Source: Spirochaetia bacterium (GTDB lineage: Bacteria > Spirochaetota > Spirochaetia > UBA9216). Taken from it: a stretch of DNA of 64,000 nt. The translations under genes were made by a program, and so were the position numbers. Every line of letters starts with the position of its first letter. Positions within the stretch are counted from its first letter, which is position 1. Shown one piece after another: positions 38,600 through 48,750 of the stretch. Under the pieces are notes generated by a model. It made no database searches. It had not been told where the DNA came from and worked only from the letters and a program-made list of their open reading frames with translations. Where the stretch lies: contig CAXXYH010000003.1 of the NCBI GenBank assembly GCA_963677925.2, forward strand, positions 96,001 through 160,000, in the 5' to 3' direction.

Positions 38600-40599
38600 T
38601 TACTCCCTCCAGAGTTTCTGTTCTTCAGTGATACCGGATTATAGGCTATGCCGGTGCCGGTAAAATACCTTGAAAAGAATTCGTAATAATTAAGCCTTAA
38701 GGCCTGAATACCTGCAGAAAGTCCTTCAAGGGCAATTACAAGTATGTTTCCCAATACAAGAATAATTATAGAGCCGAGTCCTCCGCCGGTCATCGCTGCG
38801 ATTGTAGCGAAGGCAGTCATAAGACTTACATGTGCAATACCTAATCCCGCAACCCTCATAAATGAAAGAGTATTAGCAAGATATCCGGAAAATATTTCAA
38901 GAAGCTCTACTATCCACTCCATTATAAAATCAATAATTGTGAACGGGGAGAACTCCTTATGTCCTCTTTCATTAAAATAGAAATTAAGAGGTGCTTTAAA
39001 AAGCAGAAGCATTACGGGTATTCCGAAAACTAGAGGAATAAAATTACCCTCCGGCAGAGATTTATACCCGGTCCCTACGAAATAAAATGATGTATAGACT
39101 CCAAAACCATAGAACCAGCCGCCAAGTATTCCGGACTTATCCAGAAGCAGCGTAAAGAAATCTCTTTTCTTTATAAGATTTATCCAGTTGAGTAACAGTC
39201 CGACGAAGATAACGCTGATGCCGAAATAGATTGTTATCCTTAAAATATCATAAACATTCTGAATACTGCTGCCTGTTTCAGCATTATGCCCGGAAACGAC
39301 TCCGTGATAATCAAACCATAGCGGCGGAAATATCGGATTCCCGAAATAACTGCCGAAAAGAATACCTGTAATAATTGATGCGATTCCGCAGTAAACGAAC
39401 AGCTGCATGAGGTTTTTAATTCCTTCTGATGCAGTTTTAAACAGTTTTTTACCAAACAGACCCATCAGCATAATAACAAGCCCCTGTCCCGAATCTCCAA
39501 ACATCAGTCCGAACATAATTGTATAAGCTGCTGCCACGAATATTGTCGGATCGACCGTACCGTATTCAGGGATGGCGTAATTGGATACCAGCATTCTGAA
39601 CGGCTGCAAAGCCTTTGAGTGATTAATCTCAACAGGAATACGGCTTTTATCAAAATCAGATGTTTGAGACCATTCAATATAACATTCATCATCAGAAGCT
39701 TTTCTAATTACTGCTTCAATATCTCCAGCTTTCTCAGCCGGCAGCCAGCCTGAAAAGAGGCTCGTATTTTTTGTATGTGAATAATTCTCTTTAATAACCC
39801 CGAAAAGTTCATGAAGGCGCAGATTTATCCATTGTGATGTAAGTTCAGATTTCTTATCGCTGATAAAGGAGCTGATGGATATTTTAATGAAATCCATTTG
39901 TTCTTTAAGAGCTATTTCCTGTTTACTTATGTTTTCAGAAACAGCTTCGCTTTCTTTTCTGCTTACCGGCTGATTGTCGGATTCTATCCAGCCGTATCTT
40001 TCAAGAATTCCATTTACAGCTGATATATCACGTTTAAGAACAAGCAGGACGGATTCGTCTGAATCCGGTATCCGGTAAAGCATATGAGGATAGTTTTCAA
40101 GATTTGCTTCAAAATTTTCAAGTGAAATTTTTGAAGGTCTGCCTCTGAGTACTGCAAGAAATTTACCTCCGGAGGATTTGGTATCTTTATCATTTGAATT
40201 GAAATATTCAGACACTTCATGAATTTTCATCAGTTCCTGATTCAGGGTTTTCAGTTCTTCTCTTCTTTTGTTGATTTCGTTATTGATGGAATCAATAACC
40301 TGAACACAGGACTCAATATCAAGCGGCTCTATCTGCTCTACACTCAATTCAATGTTATATAAAGATGGAAGGTTGGCTTGAGAATAGATACTTTCAATTT
40401 TTTTACGTAAATCACTTATTTTAAGTCTCTCGGAACTTACTCCGGCGCTGGATAATTCTATTTCGGAAATTTCCGGAATACTGGAGATTTTTATAAAATC
40501 AATAACACCGATTTTCAGCAGCTGAGTTGTAACTTTTTCAACCTTTTCTTCGCTTACCACGGCAGTAAGAAGTCTCATCTTTGATGTGAAAAAACTCAT
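38596..40599 (-). CDS. atpI: V/A-type ATP synthase subunit I
   Basis: DPT, FGLMFGDSGQG, NTLSFMRV, IQALRLNYYEFF. Confidence 0.95.
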   Translation of the reverse strand: MSFFTSKMRLLTAVVSEEKVEKVTTQLLKIGVIDFIKISSIPEISEIELSSAGVSSERLKISDLRKKIESIYSQANLPSLYNIELSVEQIEPLDIESCVQVIDSINNEINKRREELKTLNQELMKIHEVSEYFNSNDKDTKSSGGKFLAVLRGRPSKISLENFEANLENYPHMLYRIPDSDESVLLVLKRDISAVNGILERYGWIESDNQPVSRKESEAVSENISKQEIALKEQMDFIKISISSFISDKKSELTSQWINLRLHELFGVIKENYSHTKNTSLFSGWLPAEKAGDIEAVIRKASDDECYIEWSQTSDFDKSRIPVEINHSKALQPFRMLVSNYAIPEYGTVDPTIFVAAAYTIMFGLMFGDSGQGLVIMLMGLFGKKLFKTASEGIKNLMQLFVYCGIASIITGILFGSYFGNPIFPPLWFDYHGVVSGHNAETGSSIQNVYDILRITIYFGISVIFVGLLLNWINLIKKRDFFTLLLDKSGILGGWFYGFGVYTSFYFVGTGYKSLPEGNFIPLVFGIPVMLLLFKAPLNFYFNERGHKEFSPFTIIDFIMEWIVELLEIFSGYLANTLSFMRVAGLGIAHVSLMTAFATIAAMTGGGLGSIIILVLGNILVIALEGLSAGIQALRLNYYEFFSRYFTGTGIAYNPVSLKNRNSGGSK

Positions 40600-41669
40600 T
40601 AAAGAAACTCCCTGAATTTATCATCTTTCAGCTTATAATATTTACCGCTTAATACGGATGAAATGAATTTTACTTCTCTTTCAACCATAAACAGAAAAAC
40701 AAGTACTGTACCTATTGTAAATGGATATCCTGCAAGAATGGAAGTAAAATATCTTTTCCTTGTCTCTGAAAGAAGTTTTTCAAAGAGCATAGCCTGTGAA
40801 GAGAAGTTACGGTTCTCGGAAATGTTTATACGGGAAAGTTCCGGATAGCTGCGGCTTAAAAGTTCAGCAGGATTCAGTTTGTCTGAATCGCCTTTTATAA
40901 AATTATTTATCAAATCAGAGTTCAGATCATGTCCGCCCGGAAGCAGAATATTTCTTAGATCATCAGTCTGAAGTTTATAAAAATGTGTGTATCTTACAAG
41001 CCAGCTTATGTTCTGCAGATCTACCTCGGTGCTTGTTATATTCCTCACAATTTCAGCATCTCTGCCGGATAGTTTGTCAGCAGCGTCTATAAGTGATGTG
41101 TAATAGAACCTGTCCAGAGCCGTTTCAAATTCAAATAATCCGGATTTTCCGCTAATATCTTCTTTTTTATCGGAGAAAATACTGCTATAAGCTGTCCGGG
41201 CAAGAATCTCTTTTATTTCGGCGAAAGTTTCAGCGTTGATTATCGAAATCCAGTCGATATCTTCGTGTATTTTTTCCTTATAGATATACCCTGACCTGTA
41301 ATCTATAGGACGGCCTTTTATTCTGCTTCCGTACCATAACCTGACAGTATTCTTTAGATTCTCTATTTCAGGTTTAAACAGAAGTACCGAACAGAAATCC
41401 TTGACTTCTTCTTCCGTATTTCTGAGAATTACGATGTATTCATTGATAAGTTTTTTGAAAAGTTCAAATTCTACAAGCTGAATGTCGGCTGTATTCTGCC
41501 ATACTTCCGCAACTCCGGAATATCCGTTTTCTGCAACCGTTTGTACAGCCTCTGAAATATCAGAGGCGTAAATAAGAGAATCTGTAAAACTATCAGACAA
41601 TATTCTGCTGAGCCTTGTACGCAGTTTTGCATTGATATAAGCATATCGGCTGACAGCAGTTTTCTTCAT
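40599..41669 (-). CDS. atpC: V/A-type ATP synthase subunit C
   Basis: YAYINAKLR...E.ENLK...ETALDRFYY...D..NI.W..R. Confidence 0.88.
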   Translation of the reverse strand: MKKTAVSRYAYINAKLRTRLSRILSDSFTDSLIYASDISEAVQTVAENGYSGVAEVWQNTADIQLVEFELFKKLINEYIVILRNTEEEVKDFCSVLLFKPEIENLKNTVRLWYGSRIKGRPIDYRSGYIYKEKIHEDIDWISIINAETFAEIKEILARTAYSSIFSDKKEDISGKSGLFEFETALDRFYYTSLIDAADKLSGRDAEIVRNITSTEVDLQNISWLVRYTHFYKLQTDDLRNILLPGGHDLNSDLINNFIKGDSDKLNPAELLSRSYPELSRINISENRNFSSQAMLFEKLLSETRKRYFTSILAGYPFTIGTVLVFLFMVEREVKFISSVLSGKYYKLKDDKFREFL

Positions 41670-41688
41670 TTTATTGTCTCATCCCCTT

Positions 41689-41991
41689 TCAACGCTGCTG
41701 ATCGAAAACTGTCTGTTTAATCCTGTTAATAATTTTTTCAGTAATATTTGAAGTATCAGGGATGTTGACTTCACTATGCTGTTCTTTCTCAATTAATTTA
41801 CTGCGTGACTCTTCAAATATTTTTACTTCCTGATTAAACCTTTTAATCTCAGTTTCACGATATTTTCTTGTTTCCAGGGCAACATCCGATTCAGCCTGAC
41901 TTATTAAACCAAGGGCGGTATTTGCTGCCTCAGCCACTATTTTTTCAGCCTCTTTTTCTGCATCAATTATCGATTCAATAACTTCACGCAT
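41689..41991 (-). CDS. V/A-type ATP synthase subunit G/H
   Basis: I..IIDAEKEAEKIV.EA coiled coil; first gene of operon. Confidence 0.75.
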   Translation of the reverse strand: MREVIESIIDAEKEAEKIVAEAANTALGLISQAESDVALETRKYRETEIKRFNQEVKIFEESRSKLIEKEQHSEVNIPDTSNITEKIINRIKQTVFDQQR

Positions 41992-42110
41992 AGGTTACAG
42001 TAAATGGAAATACATCAGAGTTCAAGTCTTTTTTCTTAAGGTTTTCAGTATATTTTTTTTTCTTTATAAATTAAAATAATATATCATAATTTGAGCGAGG
42101 GAGTTTTCAA

Positions 42111-43298
42111 ATGAATGTTTCTGCTTTTAACTGTGTAAACAATAAAAAATTAATCTTCAGTAAAGGTTCATTTTCAAAATTGCCGGAAGAAGCTGCATTC
42201 TTTGGAGATCAAGTCCTGCTGCTTACCGGTGGCAAATCTTTAAAGGCCGGAGGAAAACTGGATGAACTTCTTTCAGCTTTCGAAGCACAAAACGCCGAAA
42301 TTTCGGTTAATTCTATTATTGGAGAGCCCTCCCCGGCAATTATTGATGGAATAACAGCAGAATTCAGTAATAATATTCCCGATGTTATCTGTGCAGTTGG
42401 AGGCGGAAGCGTCATTGATTCTGCTAAGGCTGTAAGTGCTATGCTGTGTCAGCCTGGAAAAATAAGTGATTATCTTGAGGGTGTGGGAACCGAGAAACCG
42501 ACCGGAAGGAAAGTTCCTGTTATTGCGGTTCCAACTACTGCAGGCACAGGAAGTGAAGCCAGCTGCAACGCAGTAATCACCGATCTCGGACCTGAAGGCT
42601 ACAAAAAATCCCTGAGGCATTACAACTATATTCCGGATGTTGCACTCATTGATCCTGAATTATATATGAGCTGTCCTTCTACAGTTGCAGCTTCCAGCGG
42701 TATGGATGCTCTTTCCCAGCTAGTTGAATCATATATTTCAACCGGTTCAAACTTCTATACCGACATGCATGTTGCCGGTGCTATAAAATTGGCTCTTGAA
42801 GCCCTCCCAGTTATAACAGGCAGCAATGAATCCGAAGAAAAAAAATCGAAGGCATGGGAGAAGATTGCATATGCTTCATACATAAGCGGTTTTGCACTCC
42901 TGAATGCCGGACTTGCTCTTGTGCACGGTATAGCCGGACCTGCCGGCGGATTTTATGATATACCTCACGGTGTTATATGCGGGACACTTCTGGCGCCTGC
43001 TATGAAACATACTATTAACAAGCTTTCAAGGGTTGAACCTGAATCTCCTTACCTTCTGAAATTTTCAGCACTCGGTAATATTGCTTCCGGCAGTGATGAT
43101 ATGCTGCCCTCGGAATCACGAACCAGATTTATCAGAGTCCTTGAAGGCCTTACTGAAAGTCTCAATATACCCAGATTTTCTGATTACGGTCTGAAAACCG
43201 AAGATCTTAAAAAGATTGCCGCAGCTTCTGACAATAAGAAAAACCCTGTCAAACTTGATGAACAGGAAATCTTCGAAGTACTCAGCGAACGCTTATAA
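42111..43298 (+). CDS. Iron-containing alcohol dehydrogenase
   Basis: GGGSVIDSAK, PTTAGTGSE, GMDAL, LVHG, PHG. Confidence 0.93.
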   Translation: MNVSAFNCVNNKKLIFSKGSFSKLPEEAAFFGDQVLLLTGGKSLKAGGKLDELLSAFEAQNAEISVNSIIGEPSPAIIDGITAEFSNNIPDVICAVGGGSVIDSAKAVSAMLCQPGKISDYLEGVGTEKPTGRKVPVIAVPTTAGTGSEASCNAVITDLGPEGYKKSLRHYNYIPDVALIDPELYMSCPSTVAASSGMDALSQLVESYISTGSNFYTDMHVAGAIKLALEALPVITGSNESEEKKSKAWEKIAYASYISGFALLNAGLALVHGIAGPAGGFYDIPHGVICGTLLAPAMKHTINKLSRVEPESPYLLKFSALGNIASGSDDMLPSESRTRFIRVLEGLTESLNIPRFSDYGLKTEDLKKIAAASDNKKNPVKLDEQEIFEVLSERL

Positions 43299-43347
43299 TC
43301 ACTGACTGAGAATATTAAAAAAACAATCCTGTCTTATAATACTGCTC

Positions 43348-43376
43348 TTGCATTATGAGCATATGTTCAATATAAT
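43348..43376 (+). promoter_or_regulatory. Sigma70 promoter with palindromic operator in spacer
   Basis: TTGCAT-17 nt-TATAAT; TGAGCATATGTTCA at 43356-43369. Confidence 0.75.
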
Positions 43377-43407
43377 AACTCAATAAACTTAAATATTCGG
43401 AGATTAT

Positions 43408-43851
43408 ATGCCAAGACCGCAAAAAGAGCGGATAGTATCTGTACCGCCGGTGTTCAGTTCATTTAAACCTACGGGTGTGCAGAGACATAAACTGAACCTA
43501 GTAATTATGTCGCTTGATGAATATGAAGCAATAAGACTTGCTGATTTTCTAAAACATGATCATGAAAGTGCTGCTGAACTTATGGGAATTTCAAGACCGA
43601 CGTTCACAAGGCTTATTGATTCTGCAAGAGCTAAATCGGCCCGGCACTTTGTAGAAGGTGCGGAACTTCGGATTGAAGGCGGAAACATTCATTTCAAGGG
43701 AAATATCTATAAATGCAGGAACTGCGGTCATATTTTCCGTAAAGAACTAAGTGAAAATGAACAGGAATGTCCAGAGTGCAGCAGCCGCGAATTGACTGAT
43801 ATCGCTGAAAGCTTTGGTCACGGTAAGTGCTGCAGGGAGTTTAATTCATGA
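43408..43851 (+). CDS. DUF134 HTH protein with C-terminal Zn/Fe ribbon
   Basis: MPRP.K.R, EYEAIRL.D, MGISRPTF, CxxC...CPEC. Confidence 0.9.
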   Translation: MPRPQKERIVSVPPVFSSFKPTGVQRHKLNLVIMSLDEYEAIRLADFLKHDHESAAELMGISRPTFTRLIDSARAKSARHFVEGAELRIEGGNIHFKGNIYKCRNCGHIFRKELSENEQECPECSSRELTDIAESFGHGKCCREFNS

Positions 43852-44714
43852 TTACTGCAGTAGCCAGTGGAAAGGGCGGAACAGGAAAAACCACATTATC
43901 TGTTAATCTTGCTGCATATCTTACATCCGAAATAAAATCGGAGAATCAGATAGTTCTTGCAGACCTTGATGTCGAAGAGCCGAATTCCGGACTGTTTATA
44001 GGCAGAGATTATACAGATAAAATTGAAAGATACAGGAAGGTCCCTTCCTGGGACAGGGAGAAATGCATACTTTGCGGAAAATGTGATGACTACTGCCGTT
44101 TTAATGCAATAATCAAAATGGGAAAAAGCATAGTCGTACTTCCTGAAGTATGCCATTCATGCCGAATGTGCACCGAACTCTGCCCGCAGAACGCCCTGCC
44201 GTTTAATAATCTGCATATAGGAACTACATCAATAAGCAGCAGTGATAACCTGATTTTTATTGAGAGCCGCCTTGATATTGGTCAGGAACAGGCAGTACCG
44301 CTGATAAAACAGACTTTGGATCATATTAATAAAAAATACGGCAGTTATGAACATATTCTTCTCGACTGCCCGCCCGGCACTTCATGTCCCATGATTGAAT
44401 CTGTTCATCATGCAGATTTTGTACTTCTTGTCACAGAACCGACACCATTCGGATTTCATGATCTGAAGCTTGCAATTGAGACCATGCAGATTATAGGAAA
44501 AGATTTTGCAGTTGTGATAAACCGTTACGGATCCGGTAATAATGAAGTTGAAGATTACTGTGAACAAAATAACATAGATATTGCCGCAAAATTTCCTGAC
44601 AGCCGAAAAGCAGCCGAGCTCTATTCTGAAGGAAAACTAATCTATGAAGAATTGCCGGAATTCAGGAGTGAGCTTGAGAAGCTGTCAAAGTATTTAGGAA
44701 GGCAAAAGAAATGA
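43848..44714 (+). CDS. MinD-superfamily P-loop ATPase with 4Fe-4S ferredoxin insert
   Basis: SGKGGTGKT, DVEEPN, CxxCxxC, DCPPGTSCP, EPTPFG.HDL. Confidence 0.92.
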   Translation: MITAVASGKGGTGKTTLSVNLAAYLTSEIKSENQIVLADLDVEEPNSGLFIGRDYTDKIERYRKVPSWDREKCILCGKCDDYCRFNAIIKMGKSIVVLPEVCHSCRMCTELCPQNALPFNNLHIGTTSISSSDNLIFIESRLDIGQEQAVPLIKQTLDHINKKYGSYEHILLDCPPGTSCPMIESVHHADFVLLVTEPTPFGFHDLKLAIETMQIIGKDFAVVINRYGSGNNEVEDYCEQNNIDIAAKFPDSRKAAELYSEGKLIYEELPEFRSELEKLSKYLGRQKK

Positions 44715-45598
44715 AAGAAATTGTAGTTTTATCTGGCAAGGGAGGCACAGGAAAAACATCTATTACAGCATCATTGGCGGTTAAGTTCGGCAGTGATGCT
44801 GTAGTATGTGACTGCGATGTAGATGCTGATGACATGCATATCCTGCTTGAACCCGATTACTCAGGCAGGGAGGATTTTTACATCGGAAACGAAGCTTATA
44901 TAGATTCCTCAAATTGTATTTCATGCGGTAAATGTATTGAGTCCTGTGCATTTGGAGCTATTTCTGTTAAAAAGGGAAAATTCGAAGTTAATTCGGTTTC
45001 ATGCGAAGGCTGCGGCTACTGCTTTGAAATATGTCCGGCAGGGGCAGTCAGTCTTTCACCTAAACATTCAGGTGAAAGCTATACGTCTGGCATTCGTACA
45101 GGAACCACAATGGTGCATGCCAGGCTTAAACCCGGCTCGGACAACTCGGGGAAGCTTGTTGCTCATGCTAAAAAAACTGCTCGTCAAATAGCAGAAAGAG
45201 ACAGCAAGCAAATTATTATTGTTGACGGCTCACCCGGTATAGGCTGTCCGGTAATTTCATCGATAAGCGGAGCAGATTTAATTGTCTTCGTTACCGAGCC
45301 CACCAAGTCAGGACTTCATGATCTTAAAAGGGTTTTTGAACTTTCACGGAAATTCGGTATTAAATCATGTCTGATTATTAATAAGGCAGATCTGAACAAT
45401 TCCAATACTGTTGAAATCAGAGTCTTCGCAGAGCAAAGCGGTCTTCCACTGCTTGCTGAATTACCATACAGCAGAGTATTTACCGAAATGATGCTTGAAG
45501 GGAAAACAGCAGCTGAAACTTCGGATGATTCAATACACAAAATAATTTGTGATATTCATAAAGAAATTAAAGTTATAATTAAGGAGAACAATAAATGA
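44711..45598 (+). CDS. MinD-superfamily P-loop ATPase with 4Fe-4S ferredoxin insert (paralog)
   Basis: SGKGGTGKT, CxxCxxC, SGKLV, DGSPGIGCP. Confidence 0.92.
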   Translation: MKEIVVLSGKGGTGKTSITASLAVKFGSDAVVCDCDVDADDMHILLEPDYSGREDFYIGNEAYIDSSNCISCGKCIESCAFGAISVKKGKFEVNSVSCEGCGYCFEICPAGAVSLSPKHSGESYTSGIRTGTTMVHARLKPGSDNSGKLVAHAKKTARQIAERDSKQIIIVDGSPGIGCPVISSISGADLIVFVTEPTKSGLHDLKRVFELSRKFGIKSCLIINKADLNNSNTVEIRVFAEQSGLPLLAELPYSRVFTEMMLEGKTAAETSDDSIHKIICDIHKEIKVIIKENNK

Positions 45599-45939
45599 AA
45601 ATAGCATTTACGACAAAGGGAACAGATCTGGATTCACAGATTGATGCAAGATTCGGCAGAACTGACTATCTGCTCTGCCTTGATGAAGAAGATAATTCAA
45701 TCAGCCTGGTAGACAATACTGATGTACAGAATGAGGCACATGGTGCAGGTCCGAGAACTACAAAAAGACTGTTTGATACAGGTTCAGAAATACTGATAAC
45801 AGGCAACGGGCCGGGAGGAAATGCCGCTGAAGTTCTGAAGAGTTCCGGGATTAAAATATATGTCGGAGCAGAAGGTCTAAGTGTAAAAGATGCGCTTGAA
45901 AAATATAAAAGCGGTGAACTTAAAGAATTTGCACTTTAA
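45595..45939 (+). CDS. NifB/NifX family Fe-Mo cluster-binding protein
   Basis: MKIA...RFGR...HGAG...ITGN.PG. Confidence 0.88.
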   Translation: MKIAFTTKGTDLDSQIDARFGRTDYLLCLDEEDNSISLVDNTDVQNEAHGAGPRTTKRLFDTGSEILITGNGPGGNAAEVLKSSGIKIYVGAEGLSVKDALEKYKSGELKEFAL

Positions 45940-45964
45940 GCTTCAGAAAAAAGATGTTCAGTGC

Positions 45965-46855
45965 TTAGAGGCTGAACATCTTTCTGAGTTCCTGTTTGGA
46001 AAACTCGTATACGGTATTGCAGTTATGACAGGTGGTTTTTAATGGAAATGGACCATTATCTGCCAGATCTGTCCTGTCATTTTCCGGAAGCCCCTTCAGA
46101 TAGGTCTCAAAAAGCTCCCTGTTGCAGCTGCATGAAAAGTTTATCGACCTTTCGGAAATAACATCCGGTTGAAAAATCTTAAAATTATTAAAAACAATCT
46201 CGGATAATTCTGTACCCTCTGCAATACTATCTCCGATAGAATCCATATCTACCAAAGCATTTTCAATCTCTGCTGTTCTCTCATCACCGCCTTTTAAAAT
46301 CTCAGAATCAGGAAGTCGTTGAATAAACATTCCTCCGGCACCTTTTATTGAGCCGTCTTTATTGAATTTAACACTCAAATTAAATGCAGTAGGAGTATTC
46401 TCAGAGGTTGTATAATACCCGGCCAGATCTTTTGCGATGCTTCCGTATTCAATCATAACCTGTCCGGTAAATGACTGCCTGCTGCCTTCCGGGAATTTTA
46501 TAATAGAGAGAAACCCAGGACCGAATAAATCTGACAGATCCAAACTCTCAGGAATTTTCGAAAGCGGTATAGGGTTATTCATTAAATAACCCCTGACATT
46601 ACCTTCAGCAGTGGTTTCTACACTTATTCCCTTAATTGGCCCCTGACATTCGAAGCGGATTATCATCCGGTCTTTGCCTTTAAGCATCGATGATAACAGT
46701 CCGGCAGCCGTGTATGTTTCACCTAAAGCAAAGGTTTCAAGTACGCCTGTTTCATGTTTTTCCTGCATCAATCTCAGCATTTCCGTAGAATCAATTATTG
46801 CGCCTCTATATCTTCCGTTATCAAGAAGAAAAATCAGCATATTGTCCTGTGACAT
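45965..46855 (-). CDS. hslO: Hsp33 redox chaperone (start corrected to 46855)
   Basis: GPIKG, VRGY, AGG..IQ.LP, CSC...CHNC. Confidence 0.9.
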   Translation of the reverse strand: MSQDNMLIFLLDNGRYRGAIIDSTEMLRLMQEKHETGVLETFALGETYTAAGLLSSMLKGKDRMIIRFECQGPIKGISVETTAEGNVRGYLMNNPIPLSKIPESLDLSDLFGPGFLSIIKFPEGSRQSFTGQVMIEYGSIAKDLAGYYTTSENTPTAFNLSVKFNKDGSIKGAGGMFIQRLPDSEILKGGDERTAEIENALVDMDSIGDSIAEGTELSEIVFNNFKIFQPDVISERSINFSCSCNRELFETYLKGLPENDRTDLADNGPFPLKTTCHNCNTVYEFSKQELRKMFSL

Positions 46856-46856
46856 C

Positions 46857-47426
46857 TTAACTCCATTTATCAATAGTTTCGCCGCTGTAATTATCCAGCA
46901 GTTTAAATAACTCTTCAGGCTCATCAGAAATAATAAGTCTGTTTCTGTGAACCGGCTTTATAAATCCTTCGCTTACTGCATGATCAAGAAAACCTGTAAA
47001 ACGGTCAAAAAATCTATTAATATTATAAAGCGAAACCGGTTTATTATGGTAACCGAGCTGCTGCCAGGTATAGACTTCCGACAATTCTTCTATAGTGCCT
47101 ATACCGCCTGGAAGTGCTATAAAACCGTCCGCAAGCTCATACATTGTTTTCTTACGTTCATGCATGTCTTTTGTAACTATATTTCTGGTCAGATTTATAT
47201 GTTCCACCTTTCCGCTTATCAGTTCTGGAATAACCCCGGTGACCGTTCCGCCGTTCTTCATGACAGCTTCAGCCAACACTCCCATAAGCCCGACGGCACC
47301 GCCTCCATATACAAGGTTAATGCTTTTTACAGCTAATAATCTTCCAAGTGCTTCTGTTTTCTCTCTATATATCTTGTTGTTTCCGAAACTTGATCCGCAG
47401 AATACGCAGATGCTTTTTACTGACAT
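46857..47426 (-). CDS. LOG family (TIGR00730) protein
   Basis: ICVFCGSS, LVYGGG..GLMG, MHERK, PGGIGTIEE. Confidence 0.93.
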   Translation of the reverse strand: MSVKSICVFCGSSFGNNKIYREKTEALGRLLAVKSINLVYGGGAVGLMGVLAEAVMKNGGTVTGVIPELISGKVEHINLTRNIVTKDMHERKKTMYELADGFIALPGGIGTIEELSEVYTWQQLGYHNKPVSLYNINRFFDRFTGFLDHAVSEGFIKPVHRNRLIISDEPEELFKLLDNYSGETIDKWS

Positions 47427-47517
47427 AATAAAACCCCAACACAATATACTAATCACTTAGCTTGTGGTAAATAGGAAATATCATTATTATTGAGCACAAA
47501 AGATATGTGAGGTTGCC

Positions 47518-48192
47518 TTGAATAGATACAATTGTCTGATATTTGATCATGATGATACTTCAGTTAAAAGCACTGCTGAGATTCACTATCCGGCCCATGT
47601 TGAAACTATAAGGATTATGCGTCCCGAACTGACCCCCGTAGATTTAAATACCTGGCTTTTAAAAAACTATGATCCCGGAGTTATTCAATACTTTGTAAAT
47701 GAACTTGGATTTTCAGATGAAGAAATGAAGCAGGAATATGACATATGGAGAAGTTTTAATGAAGACTCCAACCCCCACTTCTTTAAGGGTATTCTTGATA
47801 TAATGAAAATCTTCCAGTCTCGGGGCGGTAAGATTATTGTTGTTTCACACTCGGAAGCTGATGTAATAAAAAGGCATTATAAAACCCGAGGCGACGGCTT
47901 TATGCCTGATATGATATTCGGATGGGATTATGATGAGAGTAAAAGAAAACCCAGTGTCTGGCCGGTGGATCAGATAATAGATGAATACGGTTTTAAACGG
48001 AATGAAATTCTAATGATTGACGACCTAAAACCGGGAGTCACTATGGCCAGAAATTCAGGTATTGACATTGCCGGTGCCGGATGGGGACATGCAATTCCTG
48101 AAATTGAAAATGATATGAAAGCTTCATGTGATTATTATTTTCATTCTGTAACACAACTTGCTGATCTTCTGGAGATAGAATTATGCATTTAA
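47518..48192 (+). CDS. HAD family hydrolase
   Basis: IFDHDDT, VVS, KP, MIDD. Confidence 0.88.
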   Translation: MNRYNCLIFDHDDTSVKSTAEIHYPAHVETIRIMRPELTPVDLNTWLLKNYDPGVIQYFVNELGFSDEEMKQEYDIWRSFNEDSNPHFFKGILDIMKIFQSRGGKIIVVSHSEADVIKRHYKTRGDGFMPDMIFGWDYDESKRKPSVWPVDQIIDEYGFKRNEILMIDDLKPGVTMARNSGIDIAGAGWGHAIPEIENDMKASCDYYFHSVTQLADLLEIELCI

Positions 48193-48749
48193 CAACGGTT
48201 TTTGCAATTGCTGTCAGTCTGGCCATGGATGCCTTTGCAGTATCAATAACATGCGGATGTTCAAATCCCGGGCTTAAATGGTCCAAATCTCTTATAGTCG
48301 CCGGAGCGTTCGGATTTTTCCAGTTCCTCATGCCGATAATCGGCTGGTTTGCAGGAAATATACTCAGCCTTTTCATGGCTGTCGTTACAAGGTGGATTTC
48401 CTTTGGACTGCTGGGCTTTGTCGGCGTCAAAATGATGTTTGAGAGTATTAAATCAGAAGAAGGCTGCCGTGATCCTGATGATTATTTTAATTTCAGAATA
48501 CTTCTCATGCTCTCGGTAGCAACAAGCATAGATGCTATGGCTGCCGGAATGTCATATTCCAGTATGGGATATGGTATTATTTTTCCGGCTTTGATAACCG
48601 GCGTAGTAACCCTGTTAATCTCAACATTCGGAGCCCATGCCGGCAAACGGATCGGACTCTCGCTTGGACAGCATGCAGAAACTGCAGGCGGCGGAGTACT
48701 TGTACTGATAGCGGTTATTATGCTTTTAAGAAACCTGGGAGTGTTTTAA
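48183..48749 (+). CDS. mntP: Manganese efflux pump MntP family
   Basis: LAMDAFAVS, FGFFQFLMP, ATSIDA. Confidence 0.9.
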   Translation: MHLTTVFAIAVSLAMDAFAVSITCGCSNPGLKWSKSLIVAGAFGFFQFLMPIIGWFAGNILSLFMAVVTRWISFGLLGFVGVKMMFESIKSEEGCRDPDDYFNFRILLMLSVATSIDAMAAGMSYSSMGYGIIFPALITGVVTLLISTFGAHAGKRIGLSLGQHAETAGGGVLVLIAVIMLLRNLGVF

Positions 48750-48750
48750 G

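Noticed and set aside
45595-45939. NifX-like gene as evidence of nitrogen fixation
   Set aside because: No nif structural genes; this family is common in DUF134/MinD operons.
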